DNA from: a bacterium
GTDB taxonomy: Bacteria; Patescibacteriota; Saccharimonadia; Saccharimonadales; UBA4665
NCBI GenBank assembly: GCA_037139575.1
Contig: JBAXGD010000002.1
Location: forward strand, 66 to 64,065
Direction of reading: 5' to 3'
Length of the DNA: 64,000 nt
Every line of letters starts with the position of its first letter. Positions within the stretch are counted from its first letter, which is position 1. Shown here in pieces: positions 17,880 to 27,296 of this stretch. The notes under the pieces are model-generated. The model saw only the letters and a program-made list of their open reading frames with translations, did no database searches and was not told where the DNA came from. A program made the translations under genes and the position numbers.

Positions 17880-18731
17880 ATGGCTATGGATGAGAAAGGG
17901 TTGGGCAAGCGCCTTCAAAAAGCGCGTCAAGATGCGGGTTTAACACAGCAGGAGCTATGCCAGAGATCAGGCTTGAGCTATTCTACGCTAGCAAAAATAG
18001 AGAGAGGAGCCATAAAGTCCCCTTCTATTTTTACTATTCAAAAAATAGCTGACACCATAGGAATTGATCTTGATGCCCTAGTGAGTGGCAATACTAGCCG
18101 GATTAGACAAAGAAAGAAGTCTAAATCAGGCGTTAGTTTTATTTACTTTGATGTTAACGGTTGCATAGTTCATTTCTTTAACAGGGCATTTACGGAACTA
18201 GCTCACTTAAGCGGTAAACCTTCGGATCTTATTGAATCTTTTTTCTGGCACTATAACGATCAAATTTGTAGAGGCGAATACTCCGTCGAGGACTTTAATA
18301 GAGAGCTTGCGAAGATGCTTGGCATAGATAGTGTTGACTGGAAAGAATATTACTTTAATGCAATTGAACCAATCAAAGATGCCTATGACTTAATACTTTG
18401 GGCTAGTGAGCACTATAAAGTCGGCTTATTAACAAATTCAATGCCAGGATTTTTAGAAGAACTGATGGAACGAGACATTGTCCCAAATATTAAGTATGAT
18501 GCCATAATCGACTCCTCAAAGGCCGGACATATAAAGCCGGAACTGGAAATATTCAAGATTGCCGAAAAAGCTGCACTTTGTAAGGCTGAGGAAATTCTAT
18601 CAATAGATGATTCAAGGGCTAATTTGATGGCAGCTGAAAAACTAGGTTGGCATGTATCTTGGTTCGATGACTATAACAGTGCAGAATCAGTTTCAAGAAT
18701 CAGAAACTTACTAGAACCAACTAGCTCTTAA
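17880..18731 (+). CDS. Fusion protein: N-terminal XRE-family HTH domain plus C-terminal HAD-superfamily hydrolase-like domain
   Basis: HTH: LGKRLQKARQDAGLTQQELCQRSGLSYSTLAKIERGAIKSPSIFTIQKIADTIGIDLDAL. HAD-like: FIYFDVNGCIV (motif I-like), LLTNS, GHIKPE, SIDDSRANLMAAEKLGW. Confidence 0.75.
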   Translation: MAMDEKGLGKRLQKARQDAGLTQQELCQRSGLSYSTLAKIERGAIKSPSIFTIQKIADTIGIDLDALVSGNTSRIRQRKKSKSGVSFIYFDVNGCIVHFFNRAFTELAHLSGKPSDLIESFFWHYNDQICRGEYSVEDFNRELAKMLGIDSVDWKEYYFNAIEPIKDAYDLILWASEHYKVGLLTNSMPGFLEELMERDIVPNIKYDAIIDSSKAGHIKPELEIFKIAEKAALCKAEEILSIDDSRANLMAAEKLGWHVSWFDDYNSAESVSRIRNLLEPTSS

Positions 18732-21273
18732 ATTTAGTTAACTCACCTTCTAAAAGTTCGAGAGACTTATTGATGCTTACTAAGCTGTCCCGAGTCTCTT
18801 TTACTAGCTTTTCAGGAGCTTTTTCTATATATGCTCTGTTCTTTAATCGTCCTTCAAGGCCCGATTTTATTTTTTTGGATTCACTAATCTTAGACTTAAG
18901 GTCAGACAAATAGCCATTTAATACTTCCCTGCTAACTTCGAGTGAAGCAATAATATCTGTATTTGTTAATTGAATTTCTTCCTCGGAAGATTTAGCTAAT
19001 ATTTCACCAACTCTGGCTAGCTTCTTGATGAGTTCTTCAGATTCTTTGTTAATCTGAGCTGACTTCACGACGAGTTTTCTCTGGCTCAACTTCATTACGT
19101 TGCTTACGTTACGTATTTCAATAATTAGATCTTTTAAGGTTTCAAACTCCCTAGACTTACTTTTGTCGAAATCAATTATTGGGCTAATTTTCACACTGGC
19201 CAATATTTCAGGTTCTTTGGACGGCTTAAGTGACTGCCAAATAGCTTCAGTTACAAAAGGTGCGTATGGGTGAAGCAACTTGAGGCTTTGAACTAGCGTG
19301 TAGGCTAATATGGAGCCTTCTGACTGGCTTTTAGCAGCTTCCACGTACCAATCGGCTAAATCATCCCAAATGAAGTGGTAGAGCCTCTCATAGCCTTCAG
19401 CGAAACCATAATGATTCATATCTTTTGCTAAGTTTTTCTCAAGATCATTCAACTTTCCAATTATCCAGTGATCGGCCATCGATTTGGGTTCCGGATGTTT
19501 AGAATATAAATTAATTTTGTCCTGAGAAAACCGAGCAATATTCCATAATTTGTTACAAAAGTTTCTGGCATCTTCAACTTTTCTAGGGTCATAACCCCTG
19601 TTAACTCCAGGAACACGTCCTGAAATCATACCCATTCTTAGCGCGTCTGATCCATATTTTTCTACAACATCAATTGGGTTTATAACATTACCAAGGCTTT
19701 TGCTCATTTTGGCTCCGTCTTCAGCCATAACGTAACCATGAATGTAGACTTCCTTAAAAGGTATTTCACCGGTTTCGTATAATCCGAGCATAATCATGCG
19801 ACTAACCCATGGAAATAAGATTTCTCCACCAGTGTCCATGAGGCTTAACGGGTAGTATTTTTTAAATGTATCGCTGTCAGGATAGTCTGTTGCAACGTAG
19901 GGCCAAGAGCTGCTCGAGAACCAGGTATCGAAAACATCAGGATCTCTTTTATAGGTTTTATTATCTACTTCAATGAGTTCCTGCTCTACTCGACTATCGA
20001 AAATCCAATCATCCGGGTTATTAACATTCTGGAAGGCTGGAATTGGTATTCCCCAAGAAATTTGACGACTTAGATTCCAGTCTCGTAATTGATTCAAGTA
20101 GTTTATTAGCTGAGTTTTCTTGGACTCAGGATAAAACTTTATTTTATTGTCTCTAAGAACCTCAACAGCTTTACTTGCGAGCGGCTTCATGTCTATGAAC
20201 CACTGTTCCTTGAGTAGGGGCTGAATCGTGGTTTTGCATTTATAGCAGTGTCCAACACTGTGTTTGTAGTCCTCGGTCTTTATTAGATAGCCCTGCTCTT
20301 CTAAATCTTTGACTATTTTCTTTCTTGCATCAGTGACATCTAAGCCCCTGTAGCTCTCTGGCATTTCATGAGTTATCTTTCCCATGAAATCTATTACTGT
20401 AATCATTGCTAGAGAATGTCTTGAAGCGGCTTCAAAGTCGTTGGGATCATGGGCGGGAGTAATCTTCACGGCTCCAGTACCAAACTCTGGATCCACAAAG
20501 TCATCGGCAATAATTGGAACTTCTCTACCGGTAATTGGTAGAGTTACGGTTTTATCTATAAATTTTGCATATCTTTTGTCTTTTGGATTGACTGCAACTG
20601 CAGTATCCCCGAGCATTGTTTCCGGTCTAGTAGTGGCAACGACTATATTTTCATTAGTGCCATTTACAGGGTAATTTATGTACCAAAGATGACCTTGCTC
20701 TTCTTTGTATTCGACTTCAATATCTGCAAAGGCCGTACCGTGAAATGTACAGAAATTAACTAGTCTTTCACCCCTATAAATAAGACCATCATCCCACATT
20801 TTCTTGAATCTTTTGTAGGCTGAATCAACTACTTTTTTATCAAGAGAAAATACATGCTTTGACCAGTCGAAGCTAGCACCTAATTTCTTTAGCTGATTTT
20901 CGGTATTATTCTTATTTGCATTTACGTATTCAAAAATTAAGGAATAAAGCTCTTCCCTGCTGAAATCGAAGCGGCTTTTACCCTCTTTCTCAAGCTGTCT
21001 CTCAAAAACTACTTGAGTTTCGAATCCCGCATGATCGGCTCCCGGGACAAAGAGCACACTATCCCCTTTTAATCGACTATATCTCGCTGCAATATCTTGA
21101 ATCGCGAGAGTGAACGCATGCCCAATATGTAGATTGCCATTGGCATTTGGTGGAGGAAAAACCATACTAAACGGCTTCCCTTCTTTAGAGGGCTCAAAAG
21201 CTTTATTTAGCTCCCATAAATCATAAATCTTGTTTTCGTATTCTTTTGGGTTATATGTTTTTGGTAGTTCCAT
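18721..21273 (-). CDS. valS: Valine--tRNA ligase
   Basis: PPPNANGNLHIGHA (HIGH), KMSKSLGN (KMSKS), class Ia editing-domain architecture and a C-terminal coiled coil. 850 aa. Confidence 0.95.
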   Translation of the reverse strand: MELPKTYNPKEYENKIYDLWELNKAFEPSKEGKPFSMVFPPPNANGNLHIGHAFTLAIQDIAARYSRLKGDSVLFVPGADHAGFETQVVFERQLEKEGKSRFDFSREELYSLIFEYVNANKNNTENQLKKLGASFDWSKHVFSLDKKVVDSAYKRFKKMWDDGLIYRGERLVNFCTFHGTAFADIEVEYKEEQGHLWYINYPVNGTNENIVVATTRPETMLGDTAVAVNPKDKRYAKFIDKTVTLPITGREVPIIADDFVDPEFGTGAVKITPAHDPNDFEAASRHSLAMITVIDFMGKITHEMPESYRGLDVTDARKKIVKDLEEQGYLIKTEDYKHSVGHCYKCKTTIQPLLKEQWFIDMKPLASKAVEVLRDNKIKFYPESKKTQLINYLNQLRDWNLSRQISWGIPIPAFQNVNNPDDWIFDSRVEQELIEVDNKTYKRDPDVFDTWFSSSSWPYVATDYPDSDTFKKYYPLSLMDTGGEILFPWVSRMIMLGLYETGEIPFKEVYIHGYVMAEDGAKMSKSLGNVINPIDVVEKYGSDALRMGMISGRVPGVNRGYDPRKVEDARNFCNKLWNIARFSQDKINLYSKHPEPKSMADHWIIGKLNDLEKNLAKDMNHYGFAEGYERLYHFIWDDLADWYVEAAKSQSEGSILAYTLVQSLKLLHPYAPFVTEAIWQSLKPSKEPEILASVKISPIIDFDKSKSREFETLKDLIIEIRNVSNVMKLSQRKLVVKSAQINKESEELIKKLARVGEILAKSSEEEIQLTNTDIIASLEVSREVLNGYLSDLKSKISESKKIKSGLEGRLKNRAYIEKAPEKLVKETRDSLVSINKSLELLEGELTKFKS

Positions 21274-21335
21274 GTAGCTTAAATAATAACATCAGAGATA
21301 ATTTTTGACCACAACAGAGATAACTTCACGTGAAA

Positions 21336-22397
21336 TTACATCGATAAATTAGGGCTTATCTGTAATTTATAGGGGTCAACAGGGGTGGATTTGAGCATGG
21401 CTTTATAGCATCCTAGAGTAGCTATCATGGCGCCATTATCTGTGCAAAGCTTAATATCGGGATACTGAAGCTTCGTGTGAAGCTTTTCTTCAAGCTGTCT
21501 CCTAAGCTCTAGATTAGCGGCAACTCCTCCAGCAACAACCACAGTCTTCGGGCTAAACTCATTTTCCGCAATAACCATTTTGTCGACTAGCGTTTCAATT
21601 GACGTTTTAAGGAAGCTAGCTGCAATATCTGCCTTTTGGGCTTCACTGAGCAGGGCAGAGAGCTCGAAGGAAGGGAAGTCGTAACTTTTGCCAACTTCAG
21701 CTTGAGCAAGCCTTAGAACGGCTGTTTTGAGACCAGAGAAACTAAAATCATATTTACCATCAAGCCTTGCTTTAGGAAGTTTGTATTTATTGGGATTGCC
21801 ATTTTTAGCGGCTATCTCTATGTTGGGGCCGCCAGGGTAGGGGAGTCCTAATAGTTTTGCTACCTTATCAAAAGCTTCACCAACTGCATCATCTCCAGTT
21901 TGTCCCAAGAGTGTGTAATCGAAATGATTTCTAAAAATAACTATTTGTGAGTGTCCGCCAGAGACAATGAGCGCTAGCATGGGAAATTCAGGCTGATTTT
22001 CAGCTACCTTGATACTGTCTACCAGTGATTCAGTTATGAAATTAGCATAAACATGACCTTCTACATGGTTGATTGCATATAGGGGTAGTTGCTTGGCTAT
22101 GGCTATAGTTTTAGCGGTCTCCACCCCAACCAAAAGGCTTCCACCAAGACCCGCACCATAAGTTACAGCAACGCCATCTAAATCTTTCCAATCCAGGCCT
22201 GATTCATGCATGCATTGATCAATAACAGGGATAATTGATTCGATATGACTTCTTGCGGCAATTTCAGGGACAATTCCTCCGTATTTTGCATGTTCATCCA
22301 TACTGGTTGCGACCACATTACTAATGAGTTTGTAGCCGTCTTCAACAATAGCCGCAGCAGTTTCGTCACAACTTGTTTCAATTCCTAATATTTTCAT
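21336..22397 (-). CDS. tsaD: tRNA N6-adenosine threonylcarbamoyltransferase
   Basis: MKILGIETSCDETAAA..., HVEGH and SGGHSQ motifs. The ORF is open up to 22472, but the conserved N-terminus begins at the ATG at 22397 and the extension would overlap murE. Confidence 0.9.
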   Translation of the reverse strand: MKILGIETSCDETAAAIVEDGYKLISNVVATSMDEHAKYGGIVPEIAARSHIESIIPVIDQCMHESGLDWKDLDGVAVTYGAGLGGSLLVGVETAKTIAIAKQLPLYAINHVEGHVYANFITESLVDSIKVAENQPEFPMLALIVSGGHSQIVIFRNHFDYTLLGQTGDDAVGEAFDKVAKLLGLPYPGGPNIEIAAKNGNPNKYKLPKARLDGKYDFSFSGLKTAVLRLAQAEVGKSYDFPSFELSALLSEAQKADIAASFLKTSIETLVDKMVIAENEFSPKTVVVAGGVAANLELRRQLEEKLHTKLQYPDIKLCTDNGAMIATLGCYKAMLKSTPVDPYKLQISPNLSM

Positions 22398-22422
22398 TAC
22401 GTTAAATAGTATACTTAGAGGC

Positions 22423-23730
22423 ATGAGTTTTAGAAAATTTGTCAAAATGTTCATACCAACAGGGTTATTCAAAAAGATTGAACCATATGGTCATCTTGTT
22501 GAGGCTGTAATTTTCAATATTATTTATGGATTTCCAGCAAGAAAACTAAAAGTAATTGGCGTAACTGGCACTAATGGAAAAACAACGACAACATTTTTAA
22601 TTCATAGGATGTTACATGAAGCAGGCTACAAGGTTGGCCTTAATACCACAGTGGCTTACGGAGCTGGAATGGATATCAAGTCTCAGATGCATCATATGAC
22701 TAGTGTTCCAGTGCCAGAATTCATGAGACGACTTAGAGAGCTGAATAAAAGTGGTATCGAATATCTAGTACTAGAGACAACATCTCAAGCCATGGCTCAA
22801 AATAGAGTTTGGGGAGTGAAGTACTATATGGCCGTGATGACCAATATTACTCACGAACATTTGGATTACCACGGTACTTTTGAGAACTATAGATCTGCAA
22901 AAGTCTTAATGTTTGATTGGGCTAACAGAAACCAGTCTGGTTTAAGAGCAGGAATAATAAATGCCGATGATGAAAATTATAAATATTTTGAATCCGCAGT
23001 TGCTCATCCTCTGCTTTATGGGGAGAAAAATGGTGACCTTAAGGCTTCTCAAATAAAACTATCGTCGAGCGGAGTCAGCTACAAGGCTAAATTAAAAGAT
23101 GTGGAGTATGACATCAAGTGTAATTTAAGCGGTATGTTCAATGTCTATAATTCATTAGCCGCAGTGGGCTGTGGAGTACTGCTTGGTCTGACTAGGCCTC
23201 AGATAGAGCAGGGAATTGCAGCTCTCGAAAGTGTTGAGGGTAGAATGACAACTGTTGATGAGGGTCAAAATTTTTCTGTAATCGTAGATTATGCCCACAC
23301 ACCCGATTCATTCGAGAAACTATTCAAAGAACTCCGACCAGTAGTTAAAGGCAAGTTAATTGTGCTTTTTGGTTCTGCGGGGCGTCGAGATGAAGCAAAA
23401 AGAGCAATTCAAGGTCAATTAGCTGGAAAATACGCTGACCAAATTGTCCTTACTGAAGAAGACGACAGAGATATTGACGGCAATGAAATACTAAAACAGA
23501 TTGCTGGAGGAGCAGAAAAAGAAGGCAAGAAAACAGGGGACAGTGTTCACCTTATCCTTGATAGAACTGAAGCTATAAACTTTGCTCTTAAGCTTTCAAA
23601 GACTGAAGATGACTTAGTTCTATTGCTTGGTAAAGGGCATGAGAAAACTATAGAAAGAGCCGATGGCGAGCATCCCTGGAACGAGATAGAAGTTGCTCAT
23701 CAAGAGCTTAAGAAAATATTAGGATCTTAA
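22423..23730 (+). CDS. murE: UDP-N-acetylmuramoyl-tripeptide synthetase (Mur ligase, MurE-type)
   Basis: GVTGTNGKTTT P-loop, TNITHEHLDYHG, DYAHTPDS, GSAGRRD, and length/architecture of MurE. The added amino acid (DAP versus Lys) cannot be told from the sequence. Confidence 0.85.
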   Translation: MSFRKFVKMFIPTGLFKKIEPYGHLVEAVIFNIIYGFPARKLKVIGVTGTNGKTTTTFLIHRMLHEAGYKVGLNTTVAYGAGMDIKSQMHHMTSVPVPEFMRRLRELNKSGIEYLVLETTSQAMAQNRVWGVKYYMAVMTNITHEHLDYHGTFENYRSAKVLMFDWANRNQSGLRAGIINADDENYKYFESAVAHPLLYGEKNGDLKASQIKLSSSGVSYKAKLKDVEYDIKCNLSGMFNVYNSLAAVGCGVLLGLTRPQIEQGIAALESVEGRMTTVDEGQNFSVIVDYAHTPDSFEKLFKELRPVVKGKLIVLFGSAGRRDEAKRAIQGQLAGKYADQIVLTEEDDRDIDGNEILKQIAGGAEKEGKKTGDSVHLILDRTEAINFALKLSKTEDDLVLLLGKGHEKTIERADGEHPWNEIEVAHQELKKILGS

Positions 23731-24516
23731 TTCAAGAGTTAAGCACTTAACTCCACCACCACTTTTTTGGTATTCGCTTATCGGAACAGGGTATACGTTC
23801 ATACCCATCTCTTTGTATTTAGCTATAAGACCGGTCGCTTTATCCGAAAGCACGATGTTTTTTCCATCGCTCATGGCGTTCAGGCCATATGCGAGCGTAT
23901 CTTCATCGCTAGCCTCAATAACATTAGGAACAGTTTCACGTATTCTTCGAAGACTATCTTCAGTGAATGCCTTCGGCCACACCGACACAGCAGTTTCATT
24001 AACTATGGTTAGGCAAGTATCTAAGTGATAGAATCTGGCATCTGCAAGTTGAACTGGAACAAGTTTAATATTGAAAAACTCCTCAAGCTCTTTATGTGAA
24101 GCCTGGTCACTTCGCCACGGGTAGCCAGCAAAAAGAGTGTTATTCCAAAGAAGAGCATCGCCCTCACCCTCGAAATCATACTTAGGCTCAATAAAATCAG
24201 TATATCCATTATCTTCAAACCATTTTCTGAAAAGTTTTGTTTCAGGCTGACGATCTGGAGCCCTAAAAGTTGGTAGTGCGACTTTTCCTTTTATGACTAG
24301 TGCTCCATTGGCAGTAAAAACCATATCAGGTAGATTTTCTACTGGACTTATCAGCTGAACATCCCATCCAAGCTTATTTTTATAGACATCATATAGGGTG
24401 TCCCATTGTTTTTTTGCTTCATCAGATTGTACCTGATTTTGCTTACTCATCCATGGGTTAATTTCGTATTCTATGTCGAAGTAATCGGGTGAGCACATTA
24501 GTATTTTTTTAATCAT
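23719..24516 (-). CDS. Amidinotransferase / dimethylarginine dimethylaminohydrolase-family (guanidino-group modifying) enzyme
   Basis: 265 aa. It has the FTANG, FYHLDTC and C-terminal GGGVKCLTLEL (catalytic Cys) pattern of the GME superfamily. Confidence 0.7.
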   Translation of the reverse strand: MIKKILMCSPDYFDIEYEINPWMSKQNQVQSDEAKKQWDTLYDVYKNKLGWDVQLISPVENLPDMVFTANGALVIKGKVALPTFRAPDRQPETKLFRKWFEDNGYTDFIEPKYDFEGEGDALLWNNTLFAGYPWRSDQASHKELEEFFNIKLVPVQLADARFYHLDTCLTIVNETAVSVWPKAFTEDSLRRIRETVPNVIEASDEDTLAYGLNAMSDGKNIVLSDKATGLIAKYKEMGMNVYPVPISEYQKSGGGVKCLTLELRS

Positions 24517-24559
24517 TGAGGGATATTATATCAAATAAATTAGTCATTCAATTAGACTA

Positions 24560-24588
24560 TTGACGACAACTTCTTATTCCAATATTAT
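24560..24588 (+). promoter_or_regulatory. Putative groESL promoter
   Basis: TTGACG (24560-24565), 17 nt, TATTAT (24583-24588). Confidence 0.45.
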
Positions 24589-24599
24589 TAAATCTGATA

Positions 24600-24628
24600 G
24601 CTGGCACTCTAGGCACTAAAGTGCCAGC
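24600..24628 (+). promoter_or_regulatory. CIRCE-like inverted repeat (putative HrcA operator variant)
   Basis: GCTGGCACT-N11-AGTGCCAGC with perfect 9-nt arms, between the promoter and the groES RBS. Compare the canonical CIRCE TTAGCACTC-N9-GAGTGCTAA. Confidence 0.55.
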
Positions 24629-24659
24629 GAAAATACTAAATGAACGAGGAGTAAAAATT

Positions 24660-24926
24660 ATGAAAACTAAAATCCAGCCCCTTGCAGATTATGTTGTAGC
24701 TCAAAATGAAGAACCTGCAACTAGAACATTAACCGGCATATACTTACCCGAGAATTCAGCTCAAAAATCTCAGGTTGCTAAGGTTCTTTCGATAGGAAAA
24801 GACGTCAAGAATGTTAAGGTTGGCGACAGGATAATTCATAAAGGATACTCATCAAGCGAAATTAAGATGTCGGGTGAAGAATTCCTTTTGGTTAAAGAAG
24901 AAGACATTATAGCTACTGTTAATTAA
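24660..24926 (+). CDS. groES: Co-chaperonin GroES
   Basis: MKTKIQPLADYVVAQ...GDRIIHKGYSSSEIKMSGEEFLLVKEEDIIATV. GGAG lies 9 nt upstream of the ATG at 24660. The track's GTG at 24621 lies inside the CIRCE-like repeat. Confidence 0.9.
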   Translation: MKTKIQPLADYVVAQNEEPATRTLTGIYLPENSAQKSQVAKVLSIGKDVKNVKVGDRIIHKGYSSSEIKMSGEEFLLVKEEDIIATVN

Positions 24927-24945
24927 TACTTGGGAGACTTAAATT

Positions 24946-26589
24946 ATGGCAAAGAAAATTTTTTATGACGAAGATGCTAGAAGAAGAGTTCTAGCTGGTG
25001 CGCAAATATTATATGATGCAGTCAAAACTACTATGGGCCCTAAAGGGCGCAACGTGGTAATTAGTAAAAGCTACGGTAATCCAACAGTAACCCATGATGG
25101 TGTTACTGTTGCCAAAGGTGTCGATATTCCAGATGTAGATGATGATACTTTAGGTCAAAAAGTTGGCGCTGAATTGATAAAGCAGGCTGCAAGCAAGATG
25201 AATGACGTAGCAGGGGATGGAACGACAACGGTCACAGTTCTTACCTACAATATTCTTAATGAGGCAAATAAGTTAATAGCAGCTGGCCATAACCCAATGC
25301 TTCTTCGCAAAGGACTTGAATCAGCAGCTGAGGATGTAATCAAAAAGCTCAGCCTCATGAGCGAGTCAATTACTGGCAAGAAGGGTAGAGTAGCTGAGGT
25401 TGCCACTATTTCCGCTGGAGATAAAGAGATTGGAAAACTAATTGCTGATGTTATCGATAAAGTAGGCAAAGAAGGCGTTGTTACTGTCGAAGAGGGACAA
25501 GGACTGAATCTTGAGAGCGAAGTTGTTGAAGGCTTCACGTTTTCCAGGGGATTCATTAGCCCATACATGGTTACGGATACTGCTCGAATGGAAGCTGTTT
25601 ACGAAAAGCCATCAATCCTAGTGACTGACAAAAAGATTGGATCAGTTCAAGAGATATTACCTATCCTAGAAAAACTAGCTCAAGCTGGAAAAAAAGATTT
25701 AGTAATTATTGCAGAAGATGTTGATGGTGAAGCACTTGGAACATTAGTCCTGAATAGACTAAAGGGTGTTTTTAACACAGTAGCAATTAAAGCTCCTGAG
25801 TTTGGCGAAAGAAGAAAAGATGTACTTACAGATATAGCCGTTCTTACTGGCGCAACCTTAATTAGCGAAGAGCAGGGATATAGTTTCGAAACTGCAGAAC
25901 TTGCAATGCTTGGAAGTGCACGTAAAGTAATAGTTACTAAAGAAGACACTACAATTATTGAAGGATTAGGCTCTAAGAGCTCTCAGAAAGAAAGAACTCA
26001 ACAGATCGAAGCTCAATTAAAAGCATCTACTAGTGAGTATGATAAAGAAAGTCTAGCTAAAAGAAGAGCTGCACTTGCAGGTAAGGTAGCTGTAATTAAA
26101 GTTGGTGGCGCAACCGAAACCGAAATCGAAGAAAAGAAATTTAGAGTTGATGATGCTGTTGCTTCAGTGAAAGCTGCTCTCGACGAAGGAATTGTGGCTG
26201 GTGGCGGCGTAACGCTTATAAATCTAGCCGAAACAATTAAAACTGCCGGGAATGATCCAAAGTCTAATGGTGCACAAATACTGAAGAACGCACTTGAGCA
26301 ACCATTCAGAATTTTATTATCTAACTCTGGAATCAACCCAGATGAATGGCTACCTCAGGTTAAAAAAGCTAAAGATGGCATGGGAATAAATGTAAACGAC
26401 CCAACCAAACTAGTTGATTTAAAGGCTAACGGAGTCATTGATCCAGCTCGAGTTACAAAAGAAGCTTTACAAAATTCTGTGAGTATCGCTGGTACAGCGA
26501 TGACTATGGGTGCTTTAATCGTAGATATTCCACAGAAGGGTGATGCTTCACCACAAATGCCGAGTGGTATGGGCGGAATGGACTACTAA
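24946..26589 (+). CDS. groEL: Chaperonin GroEL
   Basis: AKKIFYDEDARRRVLAGAQILYDAVKTTMGPKGRNVV..., GDGTTT, C-terminal GGMGGMDY tail. Confidence 0.97.
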   Translation: MAKKIFYDEDARRRVLAGAQILYDAVKTTMGPKGRNVVISKSYGNPTVTHDGVTVAKGVDIPDVDDDTLGQKVGAELIKQAASKMNDVAGDGTTTVTVLTYNILNEANKLIAAGHNPMLLRKGLESAAEDVIKKLSLMSESITGKKGRVAEVATISAGDKEIGKLIADVIDKVGKEGVVTVEEGQGLNLESEVVEGFTFSRGFISPYMVTDTARMEAVYEKPSILVTDKKIGSVQEILPILEKLAQAGKKDLVIIAEDVDGEALGTLVLNRLKGVFNTVAIKAPEFGERRKDVLTDIAVLTGATLISEEQGYSFETAELAMLGSARKVIVTKEDTTIIEGLGSKSSQKERTQQIEAQLKASTSEYDKESLAKRRAALAGKVAVIKVGGATETEIEEKKFRVDDAVASVKAALDEGIVAGGGVTLINLAETIKTAGNDPKSNGAQILKNALEQPFRILLSNSGINPDEWLPQVKKAKDGMGINVNDPTKLVDLKANGVIDPARVTKEALQNSVSIAGTAMTMGALIVDIPQKGDASPQMPSGMGGMDY

Positions 26590-26616
26590 AGTCCGCTCTG
26601 CGCTAATTTTATTTAT

Positions 26617-27198
26617 CTATTCTGTAGCTGGATTTGATTTTTGGGTGAAGTAATTTATTTCGTTAACAACATCTAAGAGAGCTTGAGCTTTTTCTTTCTC
26701 ATCTGTAATTTTCTGAGCTGCATCATAAGCATCTTTTACAAGGTCCTGATTGTCGGAAGCTTGAATCATCATCATAGTTGTGTGGAATTTTTCTTCAGGA
26801 GTTTGGTCTAGCTTTCCCACTAACGGCGAGAGTTGCTCAAGAGCACTCTTTTTTATATCCATTAAACTGTTACTTGAGTCATCTTGAGAAGGGGCTGCAT
26901 TTTCTGATGGTGCTGGAGCGCTAACTGCTAATGGTTCGCTTGACGCTACAACAGTTGATGGGTCAGAGCTAGAAACTGATGGAGCTGAAGAGATCGAAGA
27001 ATCAACTACCGATGGTGTTAAATCTTGAGTCGAATCTACTGTTGGAGCTGATTGTGGCTCTGTAGACATAACACTAGGCATAGGCATTGGTGCTGGTATG
27101 TATGGAGATGGCATCCCGCTGGGCATCGTATTATCTGATACTACCGCCTGAGTCGAAGAAGTATCTGTGCTTACCCCTTGATTATCTTGTCCAAACAT
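26617..27198 (-). CDS. Hypothetical protein (Ser/Pro-rich disordered N-half, helical C-half)
   Basis: 193-aa ORF. Low-complexity composition; no motif recognised. Confidence 0.55.
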   Translation of the reverse strand: MFGQDNQGVSTDTSSTQAVVSDNTMPSGMPSPYIPAPMPMPSVMSTEPQSAPTVDSTQDLTPSVVDSSISSAPSVSSSDPSTVVASSEPLAVSAPAPSENAAPSQDDSSNSLMDIKKSALEQLSPLVGKLDQTPEEKFHTTMMMIQASDNQDLVKDAYDAAQKITDEKEKAQALLDVVNEINYFTQKSNPATE

Positions 27199-27296
27199 TT
27201 CACCCCCTAATTTGTTCTATAAATATACTATAATTAAATTACATTACTTAAATAATAACAAATTTAAAGCATAAAAGCTTTAGCTAAAGGGGTTAT

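Noticed and set aside
22398-22472. 25-codon N-terminal extension of tsaD in the ORF track.
   Set aside because: The conserved TsaD N-terminus (MKILGIETSCDETAAA) begins at the ATG at 22397. The extension would overlap the divergent murE start at 22423.
24621-24659. GTG start of groES at 24621 in the ORF track.
   Set aside because: It lies inside the CIRCE-like inverted repeat, and the added residues (MPAKILNERGVKI) are not part of GroES. The ATG at 24660 has a GGAG RBS.
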